From: a virus
IMG/VR virus record: IMGVR_UViG_3300045988_087184
DNA length: 64,000 nt
Strand: one strand, 5' to 3'
Shown: positions 1 to 8,472 of the stretch, in pieces
Layout: each line of letters opens with the position of its first letter
Numbering within the stretch: the first letter of the stretch is position 1
Made by a program: the position numbers and the translations under genes
The notes under the pieces: model-generated
Seen by the model: the letters and a program-made list of their open reading frames with translations, nothing else
Database searches by the model: none
What the model was told of the DNA's origin: nothing

Positions 1-30
1 CACCAAATACTATCAGTACTAGAGACTTAC

Positions 31-88
31 CGAGATACACGAGAGTCTTCCCAAGCCTGTGAGGCGGGTTCGACTCCCGTATCTCGCT
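31..88 (+). other. tRNA-like 3' segment; probable integration target (attL side)
   Basis: T-arm GCGGG/TTCGACT/CCCGT at 64-80. An acceptor-like strand at 81-86 pairs with 31-36. It lies directly upstream of an integrase gene. I could not fold a full cloverleaf from bases 1-63. Confidence 0.3.
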
Positions 89-261
89 CAAATACTAATA
101 ATCAGTCACTTACATCATTTTTCACCATTAAAAACATAGCAAAATCCATCATTTTCACCCATAAAATAGGTACAAAAACGTGCATAATGTACGCCAATGT
201 GAGTAGTTTTGTGAGTAATATGTGAGTAAAATTGAGTTGTGAGTAAAATCTGTGAGTAAGT

Positions 262-1440
262 ATGAATAGCATCAAGACATACGTTGAAGGAAAGTCACTG
301 AAGGTTTTCTTCATCATAAGTTACAACGGAAAGAGATTCCAGGTCTATACCGGAATCACGAGTACCGTCAAGTTCAGCGGGATGATCTTCCCGAAGAGTG
401 TTCCGAACGCAAGAGCCAAGACGGCAATGCTTGCAAGGCTGTTTGCGTCCGTGGAGGAATATATCTATATGAACGGCGAACTTCCGGCAGCAAGAATGAA
501 GGACGAAATCAAAGCCATCATAAACGGAAGGGCAGCATCTGTAGAGAAGAATATCCTCTACTACATCGATGAGTTCATCAAGACAAAGGCCAAGGACAGC
601 ACCAAGGAGATATTTCTAAGAACAAGGAAGAGAATAGAATCCTTCGATGAGCATGCCGACTTCGACAGCATCGACAGGGACTGGCTTGAGAGATTCCAGG
701 CGCATGAACTCCTGAAGGGTCGTATGAGCGGCGGAATAGCCATCGACCTCAGAAACATACGTACGGTGTTCAACTGGGCCATAGACAACGAGATTACCCC
801 CAAATATCCTTTCCGTAAGTTTTCCATCAAGACCGAGCGTCAGCAGTACCTGTATCTGAGTGCCGAGGAGATGAGGGAGTATCGTGACTTTCCGGTAGAG
901 CCTTTTATGGAGAAGTATCGTGACTTGTTCATGCTCGGGTTCTATCTGATAGGCATCAACCTCTCCGACCTGCTCGAACTTCCTGCTGACTGCATCAAGA
1001 GAGGGCGCATCCAATACAAGCGCAACAAGACCGGCAGACTCTACGACATCAAGGTTGAGCCGGAAGCGATGGCGATTATAGAGAAGTACAGAGGTACAGA
1101 CCACCTTCTCGGCATCCTGGATGACGGAACGAAGGAATCAAGCTTCCGAAGAACGCTTGGTGATTACCTGAAGAGAATCGGACCTACCGAGATGAAGAAG
1201 AACAAGCGTGGCGCATTGATCAAGAAAGAAATCAAGCCACTTCACAAGGATATAATATGGTACACTGCAAGAAGAAGCTGGGCCACCATAGCGGCGAGCA
1301 TTGATATTCCGAAGGAAGTTATCGGCAAGGCTCTGGGTCATAGCGAGTGGGATAGCGACACGACTTCGCTCTATATTCAGTTCGATAACAAAAAGATAGA
1401 CGAGGCGAACCGAAAAGTCATCGACTATCTGAACGGTTAA
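262..1440 (+). CDS. int: tyrosine recombinase / phage integrase
   Basis: 392-aa ORF. C-terminal catalytic context YTARRSWATIAA ... LGHSEWDSDTTSLYIQF (R, H-x-x-, Y). Adjacent to the tRNA-like end. Confidence 0.9.
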   Translation: MNSIKTYVEGKSLKVFFIISYNGKRFQVYTGITSTVKFSGMIFPKSVPNARAKTAMLARLFASVEEYIYMNGELPAARMKDEIKAIINGRAASVEKNILYYIDEFIKTKAKDSTKEIFLRTRKRIESFDEHADFDSIDRDWLERFQAHELLKGRMSGGIAIDLRNIRTVFNWAIDNEITPKYPFRKFSIKTERQQYLYLSAEEMREYRDFPVEPFMEKYRDLFMLGFYLIGINLSDLLELPADCIKRGRIQYKRNKTGRLYDIKVEPEAMAIIEKYRGTDHLLGILDDGTKESSFRRTLGDYLKRIGPTEMKKNKRGALIKKEIKPLHKDIIWYTARRSWATIAASIDIPKEVIGKALGHSEWDSDTTSLYIQFDNKKIDEANRKVIDYLNG

Positions 1441-1449
1441 CAAGTAAAA

Positions 1450-1479
1450 TCCCCACGCCATCGGTAAATGACGTGGGGA
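1450..1479. terminator. hairpin between convergent int and minus-strand genes
   Basis: TCCCCACG (1450-1457) pairs with CGTGGGGA (1472-1479); T-rich sequence follows. Confidence 0.5.
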
Positions 1480-1500
1480 AAGTTGTTTTATGGCAAGTAT

Positions 1501-1971
1501 CTATTTGTAGAGTTCGCTAAGTTCCTTGTCAAGTTCAACGATTTTATCGGAAATCTCATATTCCTCCTTCTCTTCATGATTCATCGCATCAACAAGTTGT
1601 CTCGATGTTATCTTGCGCTTGCAGTAATTGACCTTGGCGCGTTCGCATTTCCATCTTTCCCGCCACAGCTTCATCAGTAGTGTATAGAAGTTTACGAGCT
1701 TGCTCTTTTTGACAATCTCTAGATGGGCTGATTCCAGTTCACCCTCCGCATCCTTCAGCTTCCAGTTAGCTTCAATCAGCTCCTTCTTCAGCTTCTCGTT
1801 GCAGCGAAGGGTGTAGCAGACTTCGGTAATTAGAAAGGTCATCACAAAGCATTGCGCAAACCCCTTCCAGAATCCAATATAAGCCTCAGCTATTGTGAGG
1901 CAACACCCTAAGACAATGCACACGACTAAGATGTCGATGCGGTCGAAAATCATTTTTAATCTTTCTTTCAT
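1501..1971 (-). CDS. hypothetical membrane / coiled-coil protein
   Basis: 156-aa ORF. Two N-terminal hydrophobic helices (ILVVCIVLGCCLTIAEAYIGFW, FVMTFLITEVCY) followed by a heptad-like charged region. Confidence 0.6.
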   Translation of the reverse strand: MKERLKMIFDRIDILVVCIVLGCCLTIAEAYIGFWKGFAQCFVMTFLITEVCYTLRCNEKLKKELIEANWKLKDAEGELESAHLEIVKKSKLVNFYTLLMKLWRERWKCERAKVNYCKRKITSRQLVDAMNHEEKEEYEISDKIVELDKELSELYK

Positions 1972-1974
1972 ACG

Positions 1975-3090
1975 CTACAAATCGTTTTTATAATTATTGG
2001 TTACAATCCAGGAGCTCATTACAATATTGAATATCAGCAAGAGAACAATGATAGCCCAGTACTGCCCGTCGGTAAGCTCAATTGTGAGATAGTCAAAATC
2101 CTCGAAGTTCTTTCTATGCCATTCCTTTTCTACAATCGGACCGATATACTCTGCGTACTTTTCGAGATTTACAGGATTGCTCATAAACCAGTCTCTACTC
2201 TTAACGCCTACGACCGGGCTATCACACCATGAAAATGCGTTGCACCACTTGACATTCTTGTTTTTGTCAATACCGACGCACACGACAAGCTCATTCTTGT
2301 TGCCGCCCTGCCAGTATGAGCGCTGCTTTTCAACGATTTCTTCCGGCTTGTTCGTAAAGAACAGGACGAACACCCTAAACTGCTTCCGATCGCCATAGTA
2401 TCCGTTCAGCCATCTCATCGCCTTCTCCTGATTCTTCGGGATCTTCAGTCCGAGAACGGGATTCTGGTCGTAAAGAACGATATCCGGATACTCGAATAGT
2501 CCAAGCTTGCGTGCCTGCTGATAATCAATATCCTCAAACTTGAAAATAGAACGTGAGGCTTTGACTTTGTTCTTGTACTCGTGTTCCGAGGATAATGCGT
2601 ATGAGTTTTCGATGGAACCATCCCACGCCCATTCCTGAGCATCACCATCCTTAGTGTAGTAATCCCTGTGCATATCAATGAACACGCTAGGGGTTCCAAG
2701 AATTTTTCTGACTACATTGAACTCGTTGTCGGTCATAAAGTATTCCTCCTTGTTCCTAGCATCAAAATAAGTCCAACGTTCAGGGTGATTGTCAACATAC
2801 GAGCAATCATACGTTTCCGTACGTTGATTATTTCCGCTTCCAACGGTCCTTGTACACGTGCGGTGTATGTACTCATTCCAGGCATCGTAATGACGGATTC
2901 TTGTCACGTAGCTTCCGAGATACTCCGTGTCAGCAGCATTTGACTGTTTGAATATAAACTCCAAGAGAATTCCTATGAGAATGGATGGAATGACGAGTAC
3001 GGCGTATTCCCACCAGGTGGTCTGCCTCCTGAAGAAAATCAACAGGAAAGCAGCAACCACGAATGGGATTAGGAATATGAATATTTCCAT
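1975..3090 (-). CDS. hypothetical membrane protein
   Basis: 371-aa ORF. Two N-terminal and one C-terminal hydrophobic helices flank a ~290-aa soluble domain. It starts 4 nt after the upstream gene. Confidence 0.7.
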   Translation of the reverse strand: MEIFIFLIPFVVAAFLLIFFRRQTTWWEYAVLVIPSILIGILLEFIFKQSNAADTEYLGSYVTRIRHYDAWNEYIHRTCTRTVGSGNNQRTETYDCSYVDNHPERWTYFDARNKEEYFMTDNEFNVVRKILGTPSVFIDMHRDYYTKDGDAQEWAWDGSIENSYALSSEHEYKNKVKASRSIFKFEDIDYQQARKLGLFEYPDIVLYDQNPVLGLKIPKNQEKAMRWLNGYYGDRKQFRVFVLFFTNKPEEIVEKQRSYWQGGNKNELVVCVGIDKNKNVKWCNAFSWCDSPVVGVKSRDWFMSNPVNLEKYAEYIGPIVEKEWHRKNFEDFDYLTIELTDGQYWAIIVLLLIFNIVMSSWIVTNNYKNDL

Positions 3091-3096
3091 AAGCCG

Positions 3097-3261
3097 TTAC
3101 TTCTTGAACAGGTCTACGTCGTTATCCTCTCCAAGCTGCATGATCATCTTTGTCTTGGATGAGGAGATAACCTTGTATTCGATAGGCTTGGTGTCAGATA
3201 CGAACCACTTCGCCGGATATGTCTTCACGAGCGTCTCATGCTCACGGATGATATCGAGCAT
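3097..3261 (-). CDS. small hypothetical protein (54 aa)
   Basis: Found by manual translation (MLDIIREHETLVKTYPAKWF...DLFKK). It fills the gap between two genes. Too short for the ORF track. Confidence 0.3.
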   Translation of the reverse strand: MLDIIREHETLVKTYPAKWFVSDTKPIEYKVISSSKTKMIMQLGEDNDVDLFKK

Positions 3262-3306
3262 CCTCTCCTGTGATGTCTGAAACTCGGAGCGCTGAATCTC
3301 TATGGA

Positions 3307-3642
3307 CTACATGAGGTCCTTGTATAGCGAAACGTCGAAGTTAGGATTACTTTCCTTGATCCACTTCATAAGCGAGCCGTCTCCCTTTGAGTATCTGCCC
3401 TCGATAAGTTTCGGATAGATGGACTCGAATGCGGACTTGTACTCATCCGTAACCTGTGCCTTCTGCTGAAGAACCTTCCACATCTTGTCGTGAACACCCT
3501 CAATCTTGCCACGCTGAGCCTCTGACTGCTGGCGAAGTGAGATTTCCTGGTTGTTGTAATGGAAATAACAACCGATAACTGAACCTGCGGCGAGTACTAC
3601 TATTGCGAGTACTGATGCCAAAATAATGTTTTTTACACTCAT
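3307..3642 (-). CDS. membrane-anchored hypothetical protein
   Basis: 111 aa with an N-terminal TM helix ILASVLAIVVLAAGSVIGCYF. Confidence 0.6.
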   Translation of the reverse strand: MSVKNIILASVLAIVVLAAGSVIGCYFHYNNQEISLRQQSEAQRGKIEGVHDKMWKVLQQKAQVTDEYKSAFESIYPKLIEGRYSKGDGSLMKWIKESNPNFDVSLYKDLM

Positions 3643-3668
3643 AATGTTTAAAAATTAAAAAAATATAC

Positions 3669-3878
3669 TTAGTCTTTTATTTTAAAAATATCAATCAACA
3701 CAAAAGCACCTAGGAATAAGAACCAGAAGCTCTTCTCTCCGTATGCCCTACTGACGTCAAATCTTACAGTCGGTACTAGGTAATAAGAACCTTTCAGAAT
3801 ATCACAGCTGAAGGCTATTATCCTCTTCTTGGTTCTGATTTCCAGACGGTCAGCACTCTTGTTTAGTCTTATTTTCAT
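3669..3878 (-). CDS. small hypothetical membrane protein (69 aa)
   Basis: Internal ATG lies 5 nt after the stop of the upstream gene. C-terminal hydrophobic segment FWFLFLGAFVLIDIF. Confidence 0.35.
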   Translation of the reverse strand: MKIRLNKSADRLEIRTKKRIIAFSCDILKGSYYLVPTVRFDVSRAYGEKSFWFLFLGAFVLIDIFKIKD

Positions 3879-3882
3879 ATAC

Positions 3883-4794
3883 TTAATCTTTTTGGTTTGA
3901 CAACTTGTTATTGAGCCTGATATAGAAGTCTTCCTCAGACTCTCCGTTCTCCTTGAAGTCGAGATTGTTTTCCTCAACGAAGTCAAGGATAGCCCAGACG
4001 CTCTTCCTGCCGAGATTCCTGAGTTTCATAAGCTCTGACCTTCCCCGGAGATTACGAACCAAGTCGCCTACGGTATATACGTCGAAGCCTTTGAGTGCAT
4101 TCAGGATGCGGACAGAGAAGCCGCAGTCCTTTATATCCCTGGAAAGGATCAGCGGAGGAAGTACTGCGCTACTGACTGGCTTGTCACCTTTCGCGCGCCG
4201 GTATTCGTCGAAGCTTACCTGTAGCGACTTGATTACCTTCTTCAGGCGCTCAACCTCATACTGCAAGGTTCTGTTCGTTGAGAGCTCAGCAATTACAATA
4301 TTCTCGTTGTAGGTGAGTTTGTTGCAAGTCTTTTCTGCAATCTGCCTGATTCTCGTTGCGGACACGCCGTACTTGATTGACAGTTCGTCATAGGTCATTC
4401 CGTTAATGATGTCTTTCAGAAGACTGGACTCACGATAGGTAAGATTCGGTAATACACCAAGATGCGACATTGTGTTGATTACACCGAACAGCATGCCTAC
4501 AGCGTTTGCAGCCAGTTTGCCGTTTGCGGTAGCTCTGTCTCTCAGTTCAGTGAGCTCTACGTTGATTGCGCGCTTGCGATACTCGACTTCCTTGAGCTTC
4601 TCGTCAATCATCTTCTCGTTTGCTGCAATCATCTTGTATTTCTGAGCATATTTCTCGATATCCTCGCTGTTGACATACAGGATGCCGTGTTCGCCTACGT
4701 AGCTTCCTAGGATGCCTTCCTTGATGTAGTTGCTGATAGTCTGTCTTGATACTCCAAGTATCTCGGCAGCTTTGTTTCTTGTTATTCTTGCCAT
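3883..4794 (-). CDS. multi-domain DNA-binding regulator (HTH + sigma70-region-4-like HTH + RNAP alpha-CTD-like domain)
   Basis: Three motifs: AAEILGVSRQTISNYIKEG; MTYDELSIKYGVSATRIRQIAEKT; VRILNALKGFDVYTVGDLV..LMKLRNLGRKSVWAILDF. Confidence 0.75.
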   Translation of the reverse strand: MARITRNKAAEILGVSRQTISNYIKEGILGSYVGEHGILYVNSEDIEKYAQKYKMIAANEKMIDEKLKEVEYRKRAINVELTELRDRATANGKLAANAVGMLFGVINTMSHLGVLPNLTYRESSLLKDIINGMTYDELSIKYGVSATRIRQIAEKTCNKLTYNENIVIAELSTNRTLQYEVERLKKVIKSLQVSFDEYRRAKGDKPVSSAVLPPLILSRDIKDCGFSVRILNALKGFDVYTVGDLVRNLRGRSELMKLRNLGRKSVWAILDFVEENNLDFKENGESEEDFYIRLNNKLSNQKD

Positions 4795-4805
4795 GTTACT
4801 AATGT

Positions 4806-5465
4806 TTATCGTTTTGTCTGTAATACAGATGGTAAGTATTTCTCAGAATACTTCTTTCTCAAATACTCTATTACCTGGTCATACGAGTGAAGAAATCCAT
4901 CATTGATGAGCATAGCAACTTGGCGTTCCATACTGAACAACTCGTATTGCTTGGATTCTTCTCCGTGCTTGTTGCGCATTTCGTGCTCGTGTTCGTTAAA
5001 AACAACATAGTTTATTGCTTTTGCTATCTTGCACATAGCGGCATGCATAAATTTCTTGCTCACGATTTTGCTGATAGCAGCACCAAGCTCTTTATATGCG
5101 TCGCCGGCATCATTTCTGTATTTCAGCATCTGGTCGTATACGAACTTGATAACCTGAACCTCGAAGCGAGGATTAAGCCACATCGCAAACTTAACGAAGA
5201 GGATTGGATGCATCCAAGTTCCTCCGTTTTTTCCTCTCGCTTTTAAATACGCAGAATTTTGCGTATTAAGCTTTTCTTCTTCCATCAGAGCAGAAATAAA
5301 CTCCTTTGTGTTGTCGTTATCGAAGAATTTTGTAATCTCCTTCTTCTCTCCACTTGCTTCATTCCACTGTTTGAGCAAGTTTGTAGCATTGAACATACTA
5401 TCTTTTGTTCTTTGCTCGACCAAAAAGTTACCCATTGGTCTCTTCATTACTTGATTTGTAATCAT
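4806..5465 (-). CDS. KilA-N domain protein
   Basis: N-terminal FNATNLLKQW...GGTWMHPILFVKFAMWLNPRFEVQVIKFV pattern, typical of KilA-N. Confidence 0.75.
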   Translation of the reverse strand: MITNQVMKRPMGNFLVEQRTKDSMFNATNLLKQWNEASGEKKEITKFFDNDNTKEFISALMEEEKLNTQNSAYLKARGKNGGTWMHPILFVKFAMWLNPRFEVQVIKFVYDQMLKYRNDAGDAYKELGAAISKIVSKKFMHAAMCKIAKAINYVVFNEHEHEMRNKHGEESKQYELFSMERQVAMLINDGFLHSYDQVIEYLRKKYSEKYLPSVLQTKR

Positions 5466-5577
5466 CTTCCCTATATTTACTTATTTAAAATTAATATTTT
5501 CCTTTTTTAAAAAGGTTATATGAAACAGGCAATAGTATATAACACCTCTATACCCATAAGAAATATGGGATAGAAGA

Positions 5578-6300
5578 TTAGTGTCTGTTACTTTTCTTTA
5601 TTCCATATTTGTCGCAAATCTCGCAATACGCTCCGTACGCCATTTCGTCTGCCATCTCGTTATAATGGTCGCCGTTGTGGCCTTTTACCCAATGCAAGCG
5701 AACTCCAGCAACGTGGCGAGAATGCTTTTGGTAGAGTTCCCATAGGTCACCATTTGTGTCCGGCTTGTACGTCTTCTCCAGGGTCAGTATGCTATATTTG
5801 CTATCAGTATAAACATCAACACAAGCGCCGTCCGGGCAGGCATTGACCGCAGAAATTATGGCAAGCAGCTCCATACGATTGTTCGTAGTGTTGAGTTGGC
5901 CGTGATTCTTGACTCTAACAACTTCTCCATCCTTGATTAAGACGTAAGCAGATCCACCTGCCTTTGTGGCCGAGTTGTTATCACAGCTACCGTCAGTATA
6001 GGCGATATAGTGCATGCCGTTATCCGGGAACTCCTCTTCTTCTCCGCTTTTTTCTGATACTGATGCTCGTTTGTATGGTTTGCGACCGAATTTTGGAAGA
6101 ACGATGCCATTATAGCATATAACCAGTATCTGCCAGCTCTTTGGAGGGTCGCCGTTTTTCTTCCTCCAACCAACTTTTTGGCAGGTTTTCCACAATTCTG
6201 ATGTGAACTCTCTGTCATTATACCCAAGCTTCAGTGAGCAGAAGTCCTCAAACTCCTCGCGCGTGGGTATAATAATATTATTTTCTTTATCTTTATCCAT
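5578..6300 (-). CDS. rnhA: ribonuclease HI with ~100-aa N-terminal extension
   Basis: DEDD contexts YTDGS, NNRMELLAI, VYTDSKY, HYNEMADEMA. Confidence 0.85.
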   Translation of the reverse strand: MDKDKENNIIIPTREEFEDFCSLKLGYNDREFTSELWKTCQKVGWRKKNGDPPKSWQILVICYNGIVLPKFGRKPYKRASVSEKSGEEEEFPDNGMHYIAYTDGSCDNNSATKAGGSAYVLIKDGEVVRVKNHGQLNTTNNRMELLAIISAVNACPDGACVDVYTDSKYSILTLEKTYKPDTNGDLWELYQKHSRHVAGVRLHWVKGHNGDHYNEMADEMAYGAYCEICDKYGIKKSNRH

Positions 6301-6757
6301 GATATAATATTTTATTTAAATTTATACTTACATTATTTAAAGAATATGGAACAGGTTGCAGATAGCTGATTGAGAGAATCCCCCTTACCCACAAGAAAAA
6401 CTTGTAGGTGCGGGATTCCTCGAATGGCATGGACCCAGTATATTGACCCTTCATTCGACCTCTGCACGAACTACACGTGTTTCAGCGTCGCAGCTTTCGG
6501 ATTGTAGCATCCACCCTTCTCGTGCCTTCTGCGATTAAACCCTGCACTTTTGCCATGAGTCCCACTTGCATTTAAAGTCTTGGTGTGCGTGGTGTATTTA
6601 GCCGTCTCTTCCACCTTGACTTCGAGGAATAGGATAAAAGAAATTACCCTATCCTCTACTCAGTCGCTCTCCGAGTATTGGATAGGGTATATCATGGAGT
6701 GGCAAAAGCCACTAAGATAAAGCATATTCAATTTATCAGCTAGCGATTTCTGATAAG
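6301..6757 (-). ncRNA. structured 5' leader or independent ncRNA upstream of rnhA
   Basis: ORF-free. Perfect helices 6376-6382/6412-6418 and 6645-6654/6680-6689, plus further hairpins. It lies downstream of a consensus promoter. Confidence 0.4.
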
Positions 6758-6763
6758 CTGATG

Positions 6764-6795
6764 CAAAGATACGACGATTATTCTTACCCTCCAAA
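6764..6795 (-). promoter_or_regulatory. Bacteroidota-type promoter (minus strand)
   Basis: On the minus strand, TTTG (plus 6792-6795), a 20-nt spacer, then TATCTTTG (plus 6764-6771). Confidence 0.6.
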
Positions 6796-6995
6796 TGTCT
6801 GATTTGTGCTAAAAATTCAATCATTCAAGTAAAAAGTAAAAACAAAACTCTCGAAAGTACTGATTTAGCTAGATGTTTCGGTTGAAGTAAAAACAGGAAT
6901 TCGTGTCATTCATTAAAGTACTGAATATTTACATTAACCCTTTTTAAGGAAAAAGTGCGTTTTTTGATGTGTTTTTAGTGGTGACTTTTAATAAA

Positions 6996-7029
6996 ATAGC
7001 CGCCTATCTGTTAAGTGATGAGCGGCTAT
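6996..7029 (-). terminator. rho-independent terminator ending the leftward array
   Basis: ATAGCCGC pairs with GCGGCTAT. A T-run follows on the minus strand, directly after the 7037 stop. Confidence 0.65.
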
Positions 7030-7036
7030 TGGGTTA

Positions 7037-7384
7037 TTATTCATCCGTACTGAATCGAAGACCTTGCTTTGCTTCTTCCGGTGAGGAAACGTCCTTCTTT
7101 AGGAGGTAATGTATGCATTTATCATAGGATAATGCGGTAACGAATTGCCATCCTCTAGCTGACATATAATTGAGAATGTCAGTGAGGTTGTTAAATTCAA
7201 TCTTCTTATTGTTTTCATCACGAAGGGCTACAAGTTTCTTCTGCTCGCCCCATTCAAGTTCTAGTCTGATCTTCATCGCAAGGTTGTACGTACCGCTTAT
7301 TGTGCAGTAGTAAGGATGCTTCTCCTGCGCAATGGATGATGCTGTCGCCAAGACAAACATCAATAGAAATAGAATCTTCTTCAT
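7037..7384 (-). CDS. secreted hypothetical protein
   Basis: 115 aa with signal peptide MKKILFLLMFVLATASSIAQ. Confidence 0.7.
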   Translation of the reverse strand: MKKILFLLMFVLATASSIAQEKHPYYCTISGTYNLAMKIRLELEWGEQKKLVALRDENNKKIEFNNLTDILNYMSARGWQFVTALSYDKCIHYLLKKDVSSPEEAKQGLRFSTDE

Positions 7385-7465
7385 AACTTTGTCGCTTAAC
7401 CGTGTTGCGTAGGGCTTGGTTATTAATTGCAGGAGCCGAAGCTCCCTATTTTTGGCTAATCGGGG

Positions 7466-7786
7466 CTAAATCTTAACGATCATCTTCACGACTTTGGAAA
7501 CCGTTCTGTACTGAGGAAGCTCAATACCTAAACTTACGAGATAATCTTCTAGTGTCTTCTGGATCCACTCAAGCTTCTCGCCTCGCTGTTTACAGGTGTT
7601 AATGATGTCGCTAATCTCTGCGTTGTACTTTCTTTCCGATTCGTTACTAGCAGAGTTCAAGGCCTTTTCCAGTTCTGCTACTCTGTTCTTGAGATTTTGA
7701 TTCTCTTCAACAAGTCTGTCGTAGCTTGCAAGGATAGGCTTCATCTGCTGCTCGTAAGGTAAATCCTCATTCATTGTTTTCTTCAT
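7466..7786 (-). CDS. hypothetical coiled-coil protein
   Basis: 106-aa ORF in the co-oriented array. Confidence 0.6.
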   Translation of the reverse strand: MKKTMNEDLPYEQQMKPILASYDRLVEENQNLKNRVAELEKALNSASNESERKYNAEISDIINTCKQRGEKLEWIQKTLEDYLVSLGIELPQYRTVSKVVKMIVKI

Positions 7787-7975
7787 AATTCCAAATTTAG
7801 TTAATAATAGTCAGATTATATATCTGTTTTTGGTTGAAATCCTCTCCTACCCTCACGGGCAAGAGAGGACGAAACATTAATTGTCTAATCCGCCCGTATG
7901 GCCGATAGCTCAGCCCCATTTAATTTAATATGGAAAGTATCTTTGGCAGGGAGTATTGCTACTTCCTGGTTTTGA

Positions 7976-8407
7976 CTAGTTGTCTTGCTTGCCTCCCTTG
8001 ATGACCTCAAATACACGATGTTCTCCGTCGGCAGATAGTCTGTTTCCGTCTTCGTCACACATGTGGCCATCTTCGTTGACCCACATCTTCTGGTTGAACA
8101 TCTCTTCGCACATACCGAGAATCTTCAGATACTCCTGCGCCTCTAAGATAACGTTCTTGCCTTCACGCTCTGCTCTCTTGAAGTTCTCGATAAGACCCGG
8201 ATTCAGGTCGAGTGCGGTATCGTCGTACTCGTCCATCTCGTCGTGATAACGGATGTTGAGGCTCTCCAACTCCTCCACCATTGCAGAGTTTGTGCCAATT
8301 TCGCCAGTAAGAGCCTTCATTACGGTCTCTTTTTCGAGCTTTTCGTACTTCTTCTGGCAATCGTACGCCATGCTCTGCAACTCTTCTTCTGTAAATCCTT
8401 CTAACAT
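7976..8407 (-). CDS. hypothetical acidic protein
   Basis: 143-aa ORF with the cassette box upstream of the ATG. Confidence 0.6.
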   Translation of the reverse strand: MLEGFTEEELQSMAYDCQKKYEKLEKETVMKALTGEIGTNSAMVEELESLNIRYHDEMDEYDDTALDLNPGLIENFKRAEREGKNVILEAQEYLKILGMCEEMFNQKMWVNEDGHMCDEDGNRLSADGEHRVFEVIKGGKQDN

Positions 8408-8472
8408 AATTCTAAAAACTTTAATTGGTTAAACAATAGTAGGAGATGGCTATTGGCCACCTCCAGTTTGGC

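Noticed and set aside
3307-3642. LemA-family assignment for the 111-aa membrane-anchored protein
   Set aside because: The only resemblance is a vague N-terminal pattern (TM helix followed by YN..). The protein is roughly 60 percent of typical LemA size, and I could not align the conserved core.
7941-7948. Plus-strand TATCTTTG -7 box
   Set aside because: There is no TTTG at -33. It would drive transcription antisense to the array and straight into the antisense-oriented terminator-like hairpins. It is probably a chance match.
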